In this document: positions 19,850-29,310 of the stretch, in pieces
How positions within the stretch are numbered: position 1 is the stretch's first letter
Layout of the letters: each line of letters begins with the position of its first letter
Origin: Candidatus Baldrarchaeum yapensis
GTDB lineage: Archaea; Asgardarchaeota; Baldrarchaeia; Baldrarchaeales; Baldrarchaeaceae
Direction of reading: 5' to 3'
Length of the DNA stretch: 32,000 nt
Assembly (NCBI GenBank): GCA_016840465.1
Contig: JAEOSH010000002.1
Span: 1-32,000, forward strand
Translations under genes and position numbers: made by a program
Notes under the pieces: model-generated
What the model was told of the DNA's origin: nothing
What the model saw: only the letters and a program-made list of their open reading frames with translations
Database searches by the model: none

Positions 19850-20230
19850 TCATTCTAACTTAAGCCCAATAGTGACTTTTTCGTATAATTTCAGTTCAGG
19901 GTCGGCTTCCTTCTTGCATTCTAGTTTAAACATAAGCCCGCCTAAAGATATGTAATATGTTTTTGTATCGTTACTGGAGATTATTCTAAAGACTTCGCCA
20001 ACGCCTTCTATATCGAGATCCTCTGACACGTTTTCGTCCTTTATTATCATTATTTTGAGTTGTGAACCCTCCGAGATCAAACGTCCTCTTTCTTTTAATT
20101 TTTCTTCAACTACACTAGGGATATCGAGAGTAACCTTGCTTTTTTTATCGAGGGATTCCGCATGCAAGATTCTTAAGTTCTCAAATATCGTCTCTTCCAA
20201 CTTGACAATTGTTGCATCGATAGTTATCAT
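19850..20230 (-). CDS. rpoG: RNA polymerase subunit Rpo8/RpoG (RPB8 homolog)
   Basis: 126-aa OB-fold-like protein with YISLGGLMFKL, matching the RPB8 S(F/Y)GGLL motif. It lies next to SmAP3, a neighbourhood known for rpoG. Confidence 0.75.
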   Translation of the reverse strand: MITIDATIVKLEETIFENLRILHAESLDKKSKVTLDIPSVVEEKLKERGRLISEGSQLKIMIIKDENVSEDLDIEGVGEVFRIISSNDTKTYYISLGGLMFKLECKKEADPELKLYEKVTIGLKLE

Positions 20231-20398
20231 TTCAATTTGCCCCCAGTTATGACTAGAATGATAACTGCTCCTTACCGAGTTAAAAACCTTAAGTTTTTAT
20301 AAACACATAGCGATTGACTTATATTGTCAGTACTGATGATGAGTAAAAAGCATCTGGTGTTTCGGTAATTGATACGTACTAGAATGGAGGGAATATCT

Positions 20399-20848
20399 TT
20401 GATAGATAGTGCCGCAGCAAGGCGTTTTTTTAGAGAATTAACGACCTCTCTGGGAGCATATGTTCATGTGATTACCGATCAGGGTAGAAAATATACAGGA
20501 AGGCTTGAAGGATTTGATCCAAATACGCTCAGTATATGCCTTCTTGACGCTCGTGAGGACGACTCCCAGAAGACATTTCCGAAGGTTTTCATCCTAGGAT
20601 CACACATAGTGGAAATAATACAAGTAGAAGAGCCTTTTGACATAAAGGCTCTTGCACAGGAATTAGAGAAACTCTTTCCACAAAAGGGAGCCATTAAAGT
20701 GTATGAAGATGCAGGATTGATAATGATCCTCGATAAGATCAAGGTTACTGCAAAAGGAGTCGAGGGTTCCGGTCCTATTGCCGAAAGGGTGAAGAGGGTC
20801 TATGAAAAATTTGTCGAAGAGAGAAAGGGAAAGTCGACGACCACGTAA
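20399..20848 (+). CDS. Sm-like archaeal protein with C-terminal domain (SmAP3 type)
   Basis: Sm1 (V.VITDQGRKYTGRLEGFD...LSICL.DA) and Sm2 (KVFILGSHIVEI) motifs plus a C-terminal domain (...GVEGSGPIAERV). GGAGG SD favours TTG at 20399. Confidence 0.85.
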   Translation: MIDSAAARRFFRELTTSLGAYVHVITDQGRKYTGRLEGFDPNTLSICLLDAREDDSQKTFPKVFILGSHIVEIIQVEEPFDIKALAQELEKLFPQKGAIKVYEDAGLIMILDKIKVTAKGVEGSGPIAERVKRVYEKFVEERKGKSTTT

Positions 20849-21054
20849 CTTCGGTTACTACATACCTTTAATGACTCCTTTATTTTTGAAATCCTAAAAA
20901 ATACTTTCATTTAACTCTCCATCTCTTGGGTCATATGCTCCTTTTGAAATTACTGAACAAATCTTCCCGCGAATTCGATAATGCTATTAATCGTACGCGC
21001 ATTGCACGAAGAAAATAAATAATGTTGCTCCGTTTTCTCGTTGAGGCGATAACT

Positions 21055-22044
21055 ATGAAATGTCCCGAATGCAATGGAGATGTTGTTCTCCATAACGGAG
21101 AATATGTTTGCTCTAAATGCGGACTTGTAGTAGATCAGGAATTCTTATCACCAATAATAGAATTCCACACAAACGATATCGATTCGCCCGCAGTCTCAAA
21201 GCAATACGCCTCTCTCGGCGAGCGGCACCACATAGTTGACGGCATCGGCAGTTACATCGACTATTATGAGAGTTACGTTTTCAAAGATAGCAGAGGAACA
21301 GTACTTAATAAAGATAAGCAGTCGCTCTTTCGCAGGCTGAAATTTCTTTATGACTCCAAATACAAAATTTTCAGAAATGAAACCCCCTATAGAGCCCTTA
21401 GAACACTGAACCACGCATGTGCAAATCTTCAGGTACCAGTCCACATACGTGATAGAGCCGCTTACTATTATCACAAGTTGCTAACTCTAGCAAAGACCGC
21501 GAAACTATCATTAACAAATCACATATTAGCAGTTGCGGCATGTCTTGTCATCGCCTTACACGAGGGACATGGAAGCCCGCCTATAACTATTAGGGAAGTG
21601 ATAGAAGTTTTCAGAAAAATGGGACATAGAGTTAACCATCGCAATTTGATGAAAAAAGTATTTGAACTAAAAAAACTGCTTAGAGTAAGGTATACTGCCA
21701 AAAATTGTGAGGATTTTGTTCCGAGAATAGTGTCGAAGATGTTGTCATCGAAAGACGTAAAGAGAATCTTAAACAAACTGCGTATTGATGTTTTATGGTT
21801 TAAAAATGCTTTGGAGAAAGAAACCTATGAACTTCTTAAGATGGTTCCGAAGAAGGAGAGAGGTGGGCGCCACCCTTATACTTTAGCTGCGGCTGCCGTC
21901 TATGCTGCCAGTAGAGTTATTGCGAAGAAGCTAGGAAGAAAAAACTTATTAACGCAGAAGATCGTGGCTAAAGCCGCGGGTGTGAGAGAATATGGATTGA
22001 GAGATCACTTCTGTGCGATCTTTAGGAGATTCTGCGAGCAATAA
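21055..22044 (+). CDS. Divergent transcription initiation factor IIB (TFB) paralog
   Basis: Zn ribbon CPEC...EYVCSKCGLV, first cyclin repeat (LQVP..IRDRAAYYY, AVAACLVIA), second repeat (GRHPYTLAAAAVYAA, TQKIVAKAAGV). GAGGCG SD precedes ATG 21055. Confidence 0.85.
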   Translation: MKCPECNGDVVLHNGEYVCSKCGLVVDQEFLSPIIEFHTNDIDSPAVSKQYASLGERHHIVDGIGSYIDYYESYVFKDSRGTVLNKDKQSLFRRLKFLYDSKYKIFRNETPYRALRTLNHACANLQVPVHIRDRAAYYYHKLLTLAKTAKLSLTNHILAVAACLVIALHEGHGSPPITIREVIEVFRKMGHRVNHRNLMKKVFELKKLLRVRYTAKNCEDFVPRIVSKMLSSKDVKRILNKLRIDVLWFKNALEKETYELLKMVPKKERGGRHPYTLAAAAVYAASRVIAKKLGRKNLLTQKIVAKAAGVREYGLRDHFCAIFRRFCEQ

Positions 22045-22067
22045 CGGCAAAAACGAGTGTAAATAAC

Positions 22068-23645
22068 ATGAAACCTAAGCAATTTTCAAAAAGAGTTATG
22101 AGAGATCTCTATGAGGTAGGACCGTTTAGAATAATAATATTTGAGGATATTCATGAACCTGGTGCTCTTTGCTCATCACTGGAATACATCTATCACGTTC
22201 TTGACATAACACATAACGATCCTCCACTCAAACATCTTGTAGACCTAATCTGCAAAAGAATCACACCTGACACAAAGTTACTGGAGACCAGTTCCCTAGA
22301 TCTGTTATTAAACCAAGTAATGGAAAAAGCCACCTGTGAACTCGACAAAGTCGAGGCTAAGATTGCAGAGAATATCAAGAGGAAAGTTTGCGAACTCGCA
22401 ACATTTAAATACTTAAAGCTCGATGCATTTGCTCCCTTCCTCTTAGACGATAACGTTTGCGAGTTTTATTTGGATGGCGTAGGAGAACCAATATACGTGG
22501 ATCACGAAAAGTGGGGACGTTGCGTTTCGACAATTACACCCACGTTAGATGATGTTGAGAGCCTCATTACTCATGTAAGATTAGATAGCGGTTTTAGACT
22601 TGATAAGAATAAACCTTCACTAAAAACAGAAGTTAAGACAAGGATGTTTCATCTAAGAGTTTCTATAGACTCCGAACCCCTCGTTATGAAGAAATATCAC
22701 CTTGATGTTAGAAAAGTAAAAAGAAAAGTCTTCACACTGCCGGTTTTAGTAAGTAATGGTACTTTATCCTCGGAAATGGCAGCATACCTGTATCTTTGTT
22801 TGATTTTTAAGAGAAACATTTCAATAATCGGAGAACCCGCGGCAGGAAAAAGTACTCTTCTGAATTCACTCGATATGTTAACACCATTACATTGGCGGAA
22901 AATATACGTTGAGGATGTTATTGAAAGTGCTGATCTTTCCCAGTACGGGATGCATCAAGTAAAACTCAAAGTTGAACCCTTTGAGGAATGTGTGAGGAAA
23001 AGTACTAAAGAAATGGAATTGGTAAAGATGCTGCACAGGTCTCCGGACTACATATACTTTGGAGAAATACAAACAGATGAACATAGCAGGGCATTGTTTC
23101 AAGCGCTATCGGCAGGTTTAAGGGGATTCCATACTTTTCACGCCAATGATCCCATGGCGGCAATCATACGGTGGCATTATTATCACAAGATTCCGTTAAC
23201 ATCCATTTCCATGATAGACCTATTTGTCCTGATAAAAAGATTACAAAAGGGATTTCTTGTCGTAAGAAGAGTGGCCAAAATATACGAAACATATATCAGC
23301 AGTTTCAGCAACTCTATTGATAGTATCGAGGTTTTTGAAAGTTTTTCGTGGAATTTGCGAGAAGATAGGCATGTTAGGAATTTTTCAAGCATATCCGAAA
23401 CTCCTGTTATGAAGAAAATACGCGACGAGTACCATATCGATGAGGATTCTCTTGAGACGTTATTTATGTTATTACAAGAGGTCTTCGAGATAATTGTAAA
23501 AGCAGAGATCTTCGATGTAAAATCCGTTATAAGGATCTTTAATGACTTCTATACTATTTTTGTCCACAATATCGATAAATTGACAAGAATGTCGGTCTAT
23601 GACCTTAAATACTCAGTTAAGGAACTTTTAAAGGGATACGTATGA
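22068..23645 (+). CDS. Type II/IV secretion (VirB11/TadA/FlaI family) ATPase
   Basis: Walker A GEPAAGKST, Asp box YVEDVIE, HRSPDYIYFGEIQ (Walker B region), His box TFHA, and an N-terminal domain with PFLLDDNVCE. Confidence 0.9.
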   Translation: MKPKQFSKRVMRDLYEVGPFRIIIFEDIHEPGALCSSLEYIYHVLDITHNDPPLKHLVDLICKRITPDTKLLETSSLDLLLNQVMEKATCELDKVEAKIAENIKRKVCELATFKYLKLDAFAPFLLDDNVCEFYLDGVGEPIYVDHEKWGRCVSTITPTLDDVESLITHVRLDSGFRLDKNKPSLKTEVKTRMFHLRVSIDSEPLVMKKYHLDVRKVKRKVFTLPVLVSNGTLSSEMAAYLYLCLIFKRNISIIGEPAAGKSTLLNSLDMLTPLHWRKIYVEDVIESADLSQYGMHQVKLKVEPFEECVRKSTKEMELVKMLHRSPDYIYFGEIQTDEHSRALFQALSAGLRGFHTFHANDPMAAIIRWHYYHKIPLTSISMIDLFVLIKRLQKGFLVVRRVAKIYETYISSFSNSIDSIEVFESFSWNLREDRHVRNFSSISETPVMKKIRDEYHIDEDSLETLFMLLQEVFEIIVKAEIFDVKSVIRIFNDFYTIFVHNIDKLTRMSVYDLKYSVKELLKGYV

Positions 23646-23809
23646 GAATTGCCAAGAGGAGAGCCTCACCTATAGTTGAAGAGGGACTCCTAATAGGGCT
23701 GTCCCTCATTGCACTTGCATTACTGATACAGCTTATAATGAAAGTTATCGACTGGTCGGGGTCTTCCTTAGACCAAGTGCTAAATAACTTATCTTCGATT
23801 TTCGGCTAA
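23642..23809 (+). CDS. Tiny type IV (Flp-like) pilin with class III signal peptide, 55 aa (absent from the ORF track)
   Basis: MRIAKRRA|SPIVEEGLLIGLSLIALALLIQLIMKVIDWSGSSLDQVLNNLSSIFG: basic leader, small residue at the predicted cleavage site, Glu at +5, then a hydrophobic helix. ATGA overlap with the ATPase stop. Confidence 0.75.
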   Translation: MRIAKRRASPIVEEGLLIGLSLIALALLIQLIMKVIDWSGSSLDQVLNNLSSIFG

Positions 23810-25188
23810 CTAATGAGCCCCTCCTTGCGTAAAATCCCACGCGCTGCCAGAATCCCGGTAGCCGCTGCAGTTACGAGCCCTCGTGATAGACCTGCACCAT
23901 CACCCGCAACAAAGATCCCCCCGATCGATGTTTCAAGATTTTTATCAACTTCTATCCTATTTGCATAAAACTTTACTTCAGGAGCGTATAGGAGAGTTGA
24001 GGAACTGGCAACACCTGGAATTACAGAATCTAGTTTCTCAAGTCCCTCAAGTATGTCAGTTACTATCCTATGAGGAAGGGCCATTGCTATATCGCCCGGT
24101 GTCACATGCCTTAAAGTTGGTTTTACAATACTTCTCTCTATCCTCGCCCATGTTGATCTCCTACCTCTTTTCAGATCTCCTAACCTCTGTATTAACGGTC
24201 TGCCACCACCTAAGGTTGTTGTCTGCCTCATTATCGAAAAGCCATACGCAGTAGTATCTTCAAGTGGTTCTGTCAGTTCTATTCTCACAAGCAAGGCGAA
24301 ATTTGCATTTTCCGATTTCTCTGCCTGTAGCGTATGCCCATTGACCCCCACAGCGTCCTTTCCATAGACCTCTTGTACAACAAATCCCCTGTAATTAACG
24401 CAAAAAGTGCGCACAAAATCGTCATACGTTTCGGTATAAATATGGAATTTTGGATCAAAAGCTACTTTTATTACGGGTTCCATGACTATTGCGGGAACCT
24501 CCACACGTACCCCCACATCTATAGGCCCAGGTCTCGATGCTATGCCGAGTCTCCTTGCTTGTTCTAGTAACCATCTTGCACCACTCCTTCCGGGTGCTAT
24601 GATCAAGTACTTCGCTTCAAGCACTGTACCATCGTCTAGAACTACCTTCCCCTTATCGAATTTCTCAACTCGATGCTTTAAGAGAAATCTTACGCCCTTA
24701 CGTTCGAGATCGTTTTTAAAATTCTGAATTACTCTGGGAGCCAAATCACTCCCTATATGACGTTGCCTTATTGGAATAAACTTTATTCCCGCAGCGGCTG
24801 CTCTCCTTGACAACTCCTCTATTGCTCCCTGATCCCCACCATAAACGGTATTGGGGGCACCATACTTGACAAAAATACTATCAACTTCATTTACAAGTTC
24901 CCAAGCAACCCTTTCGCTTCCGGTGAGTTCCTCTAAATCTCCACCTACCTGAGGATGCAGATTTAAGAGCCCACTTGATAGTGTGCCAGCACCACCAACA
25001 CCACAAATAATCTTGCACGGGTTACACTTCTTGCAAAAGGATACGTTTAATGCGGGGCATATCCTCTCCTTAACATCGGGTCCCCAATCTATTACGAGAA
25101 TCTTCATGTCAGATTTCGAGGATAACTCGTTTGCCGCGAAGAGCCCAGCAGGTCCTGCTCCCACAATTATCACATCATAAAATTTCAT
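23806..25188 (-). CDS. FAD/NAD(P)-dependent oxidoreductase (COG2509-like)
   Basis: Rossmann motif DVIIVGAGPAGLFAA, Cys cluster CPA...CKKCNPC, GVGGAGTLSSG, APGRSG, RTFC, YAPEVKFY, VAGDGAG. Confidence 0.88.
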   Translation of the reverse strand: MKFYDVIIVGAGPAGLFAANELSSKSDMKILVIDWGPDVKERICPALNVSFCKKCNPCKIICGVGGAGTLSSGLLNLHPQVGGDLEELTGSERVAWELVNEVDSIFVKYGAPNTVYGGDQGAIEELSRRAAAAGIKFIPIRQRHIGSDLAPRVIQNFKNDLERKGVRFLLKHRVEKFDKGKVVLDDGTVLEAKYLIIAPGRSGARWLLEQARRLGIASRPGPIDVGVRVEVPAIVMEPVIKVAFDPKFHIYTETYDDFVRTFCVNYRGFVVQEVYGKDAVGVNGHTLQAEKSENANFALLVRIELTEPLEDTTAYGFSIMRQTTTLGGGRPLIQRLGDLKRGRRSTWARIERSIVKPTLRHVTPGDIAMALPHRIVTDILEGLEKLDSVIPGVASSSTLLYAPEVKFYANRIEVDKNLETSIGGIFVAGDGAGLSRGLVTAAATGILAARGILRKEGLIS

Positions 25189-26093
25189 GTATTCACCCCG
25201 TTTTCGAAGACACGACCAATGTATGTTCCATCCAATAAGTATATTTCTATCGTATCAAGTCTGAGGAATTTTTTATCAAAAATCGGGCATAGAAGTCTTT
25301 TTGATTCTTTCTCTTCGATAAAAAGCTTATTTACTATAAAACCACCGCACAATCTGTTAAATGCGGGCAGAACTATAAATTGACGTAAATGTATAGTATC
25401 AATTAATAAGTCGGGATCACATATTCCCTCTTTGGTTTTTCTCGCAACGAATCTTCTTCTATACTCGGCCTCCAAGGATGATTTGACAAATTTTCCTCTC
25501 AGCCAGCATCTTTCTACAAATGAGCGTCCTCCACCCGGCGTTAACATATATAGTGGATGTATGTGCGCAAAGATGAGCAAATCACATGACAATAGTGGAA
25601 TATCCGGCCACGTATGTCCATGAAACACCCCTATAGATTTTCCGCCCTCTAATTTCAGGACAAGACTCTTAACAACCTGGATGCCTAACGGCGATAAAAA
25701 CCTCTCTATAACCCCGTCATGGTTCCCCTTTATTACGATTATAGATAACCCCTTTTCCAGTAATCCCCTCATTAGGCTCATCACTTCGTAAAAAGTCCTT
25801 TTTTGAAACCCTATTTCATGTTTCAAATCCCCGACTATAACCAGAATATCCGGATTTAAATCACTTATTAATTTCTTTAAATCAAACATTAGAAGATTTA
25901 CCGCCTTTTGTGGAATATAGATCCCTTTTGCTCGAAAATCTGCCTCTATACCTATATGCAAATCCGCTATAAACACGTATCTGCGACTCTCAAACTCTAA
26001 TATTAGTGCCGGGTATCCGACGGCAAAGTTTAGATGACTTCTCATGAATTTCACCTTTAGGAGCCCTGCTATGTCCTTTAAGATCTCTGTCAT
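25185..26093 (-). CDS. Calcineurin-like metallophosphoesterase (Lhr-associated type)
   Basis: IADLHIG, VGDLKH, KGNHD, FHGH, AHIHP, LPAFN. Confidence 0.9.
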   Translation of the reverse strand: MTEILKDIAGLLKVKFMRSHLNFAVGYPALILEFESRRYVFIADLHIGIEADFRAKGIYIPQKAVNLLMFDLKKLISDLNPDILVIVGDLKHEIGFQKRTFYEVMSLMRGLLEKGLSIIVIKGNHDGVIERFLSPLGIQVVKSLVLKLEGGKSIGVFHGHTWPDIPLLSCDLLIFAHIHPLYMLTPGGGRSFVERCWLRGKFVKSSLEAEYRRRFVARKTKEGICDPDLLIDTIHLRQFIVLPAFNRLCGGFIVNKLFIEEKESKRLLCPIFDKKFLRLDTIEIYLLDGTYIGRVFENGVNT

Positions 26094-26115
26094 TTAACAC
26101 TATGAGGTGTGGCGA

Positions 26116-26211
26116 ATGATCTCAGTGATGGATCTAGCGACTATAATTGCCTTACTCTCGATATTTGCCCTTCTGTTAATAATCCTTTACCAAATATTCG
26201 CTGAGGAATAG
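26116..26211 (+). CDS. 31-aa single-pass membrane microprotein (absent from the ORF track)
   Basis: MISVMDLATIIALLSIFALLLIILYQIFAEE. GAGGTG SD upstream; the stop lies 2 nt before the next ATG. Confidence 0.55.
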   Translation: MISVMDLATIIALLSIFALLLIILYQIFAEE

Positions 26212-26213
26212 CC

Positions 26214-26441
26214 ATGCCGTGGAAGGATGTCATTCTTGAAGCGTACACCGAGGCGAGACCTTACATCGTAAATGTCAAATGGTTTAAGGAGTTATTAAAT
26301 AAGATACTTAATGAGGCGAAAAACCTAAATGATGTGATAAAAACCGTGCAAAATTTATTAGAAAGCGAAGATGTCGTAAAACAAACAGACTTGAAGATAT
26401 TCCTGATGTTCCTCGAAAAAGTCATGAAGGGACAGCGTTAA
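26214..26441 (+). CDS. Hypothetical helical protein, 75 aa
   Basis: Tightly packed between the microprotein ORF and lhr (1-2 nt gaps), with amphipathic helical composition. Confidence 0.7.
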   Translation: MPWKDVILEAYTEARPYIVNVKWFKELLNKILNEAKNLNDVIKTVQNLLESEDVVKQTDLKIFLMFLEKVMKGQR

Positions 26442-26442
26442 A

Positions 26443-29310
26443 ATGAACTCCTTTGACCTCTTAGATCAGCAGATAAAAAACGTTCTTGAAAAATTGAACT
26501 TCAGAAAACCTACAGAAATACAGCAGATTGCCATTCCACTAATCCTAGAGGGTCATAATGTCATAATAATTTCCCCCACAGGAACGGGAAAGACAGAGGC
26601 TGCTCTACTTCCTGTTCTCTCAATGTTATTGCGCTTAAAGAAATCCTCTCATGTGAACGGCATATTAGTTCTTTATATAACGCCTTTGAGAGCACTGAAT
26701 AGAGATCTTCTTCACAGAATTTCACAACTGTGCGATCCCCTCGGAATAAAAATATATGTTAGACATGGCGACACCAGTAGAAAAGAAAGAACGCAACAAA
26801 TAAGAGATCCGCCGGATATTTTAATAACAACTCCTGAAACGCTCCAGGCAATACTTCCAGGTCTATATTTTAGATATTTCCTGAGAAACGTACGATGGGT
26901 AATTATAGACGAAATACACGAATTGGCCGAGGATAAGCGAGGATCTCAGCTCTCTCTTGCACTTGAAAGATTACAATTACTAACTTCACATGACTTCCAA
27001 AGGATCGGACTCTCGGCAACCATCGGAAACCCTGAGGAAATAGGAAAATTTTTGGTCGGAGTTAGCAGGCCCTTTAAGGTAGCAGTATCGTCGACGGGCA
27101 GACGATACCATATAGTCGTTGATGCTCCGCAACCATCATCAGAAGATTCGGAAATTGCCGAACACTTATATGTTTCGCCTGAAGCCGTTGCAAGAATCAG
27201 GAGAATAATTGAATTGATGCGGTCATCGACCTCCTGTATAACATTTGTAAACACACGTGAAATGGCCGAAATTCTGACATCACGCATAAAGGCCTTAGAA
27301 GGCAAATTTGAAGTGGGAATTCATCATAGTTCTCTGGATAAAGAAGTAAGGGTTGATGCAGAACATCAATTTAAGGATAAAAAAATCAAAATGCTCGTAA
27401 GTACAAGCTCGCTTGAAATGGGAATAGATATCGGGCATGTAGATCTTGTGATACAATATATGTCTCCAAGGCAAGTTACCAGACTTATCCAGCGCGTAGG
27501 CAGAAGTCTGCATAAGGAGGGGATGCCAGCACGAGGAGTAATAATTACTGCCATTGAGAACTTAGATGACATTTTGGAGGCCGCAGTAATAGCAAAGCTT
27601 GCAATAATGGGGAAAATAGAGCCTATAAAAATACCCGAGAAACCCTTAGATGTTCTCGCCCATCAGATAGTCGGCTTTCTATTGGACTTTAAGTCCATGG
27701 ACCTGCAGAATCTGTATAATGCCATAATTAAGGCGTATCCCTATAGAAACTTGTCAAAGGAGGAATTTCTATCGGTAATGAGGTTCTTAGAAGGCTTAGG
27801 ACTTGTAAAGATAAGAGGTTCACAAGTGCAAAGAACAAGAAGAACGTGGCAATATTATTACGAAAATTTATCAATGATTCCAGATACTCGAAAGTATGAT
27901 GTCATAGATACGACTTCAGGGAGAAAAATCGGCACACTTGATGAAGAATTTGTAGCTGAATACGGAATACCTGGAAGATCAATAATAATGAGGGGATCTT
28001 CCTGGAAAATAGAGGATATTTCCGAGAATTGCGTTTATGTATGCCCAATTAAAGATATTTCCGCAGCCGTACCCTCATGGATAGGTGAAGAAATACCAGT
28101 GCCATTTGATGTTGCTGTGCGAGTTGGCGCGCTTAGAAGACTTCTCGCGGACGCGAAGAACCCTATGGACGCAAAAAAGTTATTAAGGTCACTGATGCTA
28201 TCGGAGAAAACTGCTGACCTTGTTATTGAAAAAATTAATAATATTCGTAAAGCAGAACTGCCGATACCATCGGAGAAGCTAATAGTCATAGAATGTCCCA
28301 CCAATTACGGGGATGAGAATGCTTATGTAATAGTAATTCATTCGTGCTTTGGCTCACTCGTAAATGAAGCCCTAGGAAGAATTTTAGCGGCACTTCTAAG
28401 CGTGCGTTATAACACTTCCATAATGCTGAGCACAGACCCCTACAGAGTAGTTTTGAAAAGTACGAGAAAAATAAATCCTCATCACGTTGCCGAGATGTTG
28501 CAAGAATTAAAGCCCGATCACGTACCTCATCTTATAAAAATCTCAGTTAAAAACTCAGGTATGCTTATTTGGAGGTTATTGCACGTAGCTAGAAGGTTCG
28601 GCGCGATTTCGCGTAATGCTGAAATAACTCCAGGAGTTTACGAAAAATTGCCTGAAATTTATAGCGGCACTCCCGTATATGAAGAGGCCCTCCGAGAAGT
28701 AACTTCCCAAAAACTTGATGTTACCAATTTATGCAAAATATTACATTTTCTTCGTGACGGAAAGATTGGGATTGAAGTTATTACGCCTCAAGAGCCTTCT
28801 TTCTTCGCAAAACTCGCACTAGAACCCTTATTTCTCCGTGATTACGTAAGTACAGGTAAGCCTATCGCTGAAATTATAGAGTACGTCAAAAAACGTCTTT
28901 TGAATGAACGATTAAAAGTTTTATGTATAAATTGCCTAAAATGGGAAATAGAGACTTCGGTCTCTGCAATTCCGGAGAATATGAAATGCCCGGTGTGTGG
29001 CTCAGTACTATTAGCGATGACTTCTGTCTACGATGACGAGACGAGAAGAGTATTGATGAAGGTAAAAAGAGGAGAAGAGCTTAGCGATAAGGAATTAAAG
29101 ACTTTTAGGAGTGCCCAGTTGTCAGCAAGTTTATTCGCAGAGTATGGAAAACGCGCAGCAATTGTCATGGCAGGACGTGGAATAGGTCCAAAAACCGCGG
29201 CCCATATCCTAAGTATGTGCCACAATTGCGATATAGACGAACTTATTAAAGAAGTAATTAATGCTGAACGCACATTTTTAAGAACTCGAAGATTTTGGAG
29301 CAACGATTAA
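26443..29310 (+). CDS. lhr: Lhr-family SF2 helicase with C-terminal Cys-rich region
   Basis: SPTGTGKTEAA, ITPLRALNRD, TTPETL, DEIHE, LSAT, HHSSL, STSSLEMGIDIG, QRVGRS, LDVLAHQI, and C-terminal CINC...CPVC. Confidence 0.95.
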   Translation: MNSFDLLDQQIKNVLEKLNFRKPTEIQQIAIPLILEGHNVIIISPTGTGKTEAALLPVLSMLLRLKKSSHVNGILVLYITPLRALNRDLLHRISQLCDPLGIKIYVRHGDTSRKERTQQIRDPPDILITTPETLQAILPGLYFRYFLRNVRWVIIDEIHELAEDKRGSQLSLALERLQLLTSHDFQRIGLSATIGNPEEIGKFLVGVSRPFKVAVSSTGRRYHIVVDAPQPSSEDSEIAEHLYVSPEAVARIRRIIELMRSSTSCITFVNTREMAEILTSRIKALEGKFEVGIHHSSLDKEVRVDAEHQFKDKKIKMLVSTSSLEMGIDIGHVDLVIQYMSPRQVTRLIQRVGRSLHKEGMPARGVIITAIENLDDILEAAVIAKLAIMGKIEPIKIPEKPLDVLAHQIVGFLLDFKSMDLQNLYNAIIKAYPYRNLSKEEFLSVMRFLEGLGLVKIRGSQVQRTRRTWQYYYENLSMIPDTRKYDVIDTTSGRKIGTLDEEFVAEYGIPGRSIIMRGSSWKIEDISENCVYVCPIKDISAAVPSWIGEEIPVPFDVAVRVGALRRLLADAKNPMDAKKLLRSLMLSEKTADLVIEKINNIRKAELPIPSEKLIVIECPTNYGDENAYVIVIHSCFGSLVNEALGRILAALLSVRYNTSIMLSTDPYRVVLKSTRKINPHHVAEMLQELKPDHVPHLIKISVKNSGMLIWRLLHVARRFGAISRNAEITPGVYEKLPEIYSGTPVYEEALREVTSQKLDVTNLCKILHFLRDGKIGIEVITPQEPSFFAKLALEPLFLRDYVSTGKPIAEIIEYVKKRLLNERLKVLCINCLKWEIETSVSAIPENMKCPVCGSVLLAMTSVYDDETRRVLMKVKRGEELSDKELKTFRSAQLSASLFAEYGKRAAIVMAGRGIGPKTAAHILSMCHNCDIDELIKEVINAERTFLRTRRFWSND

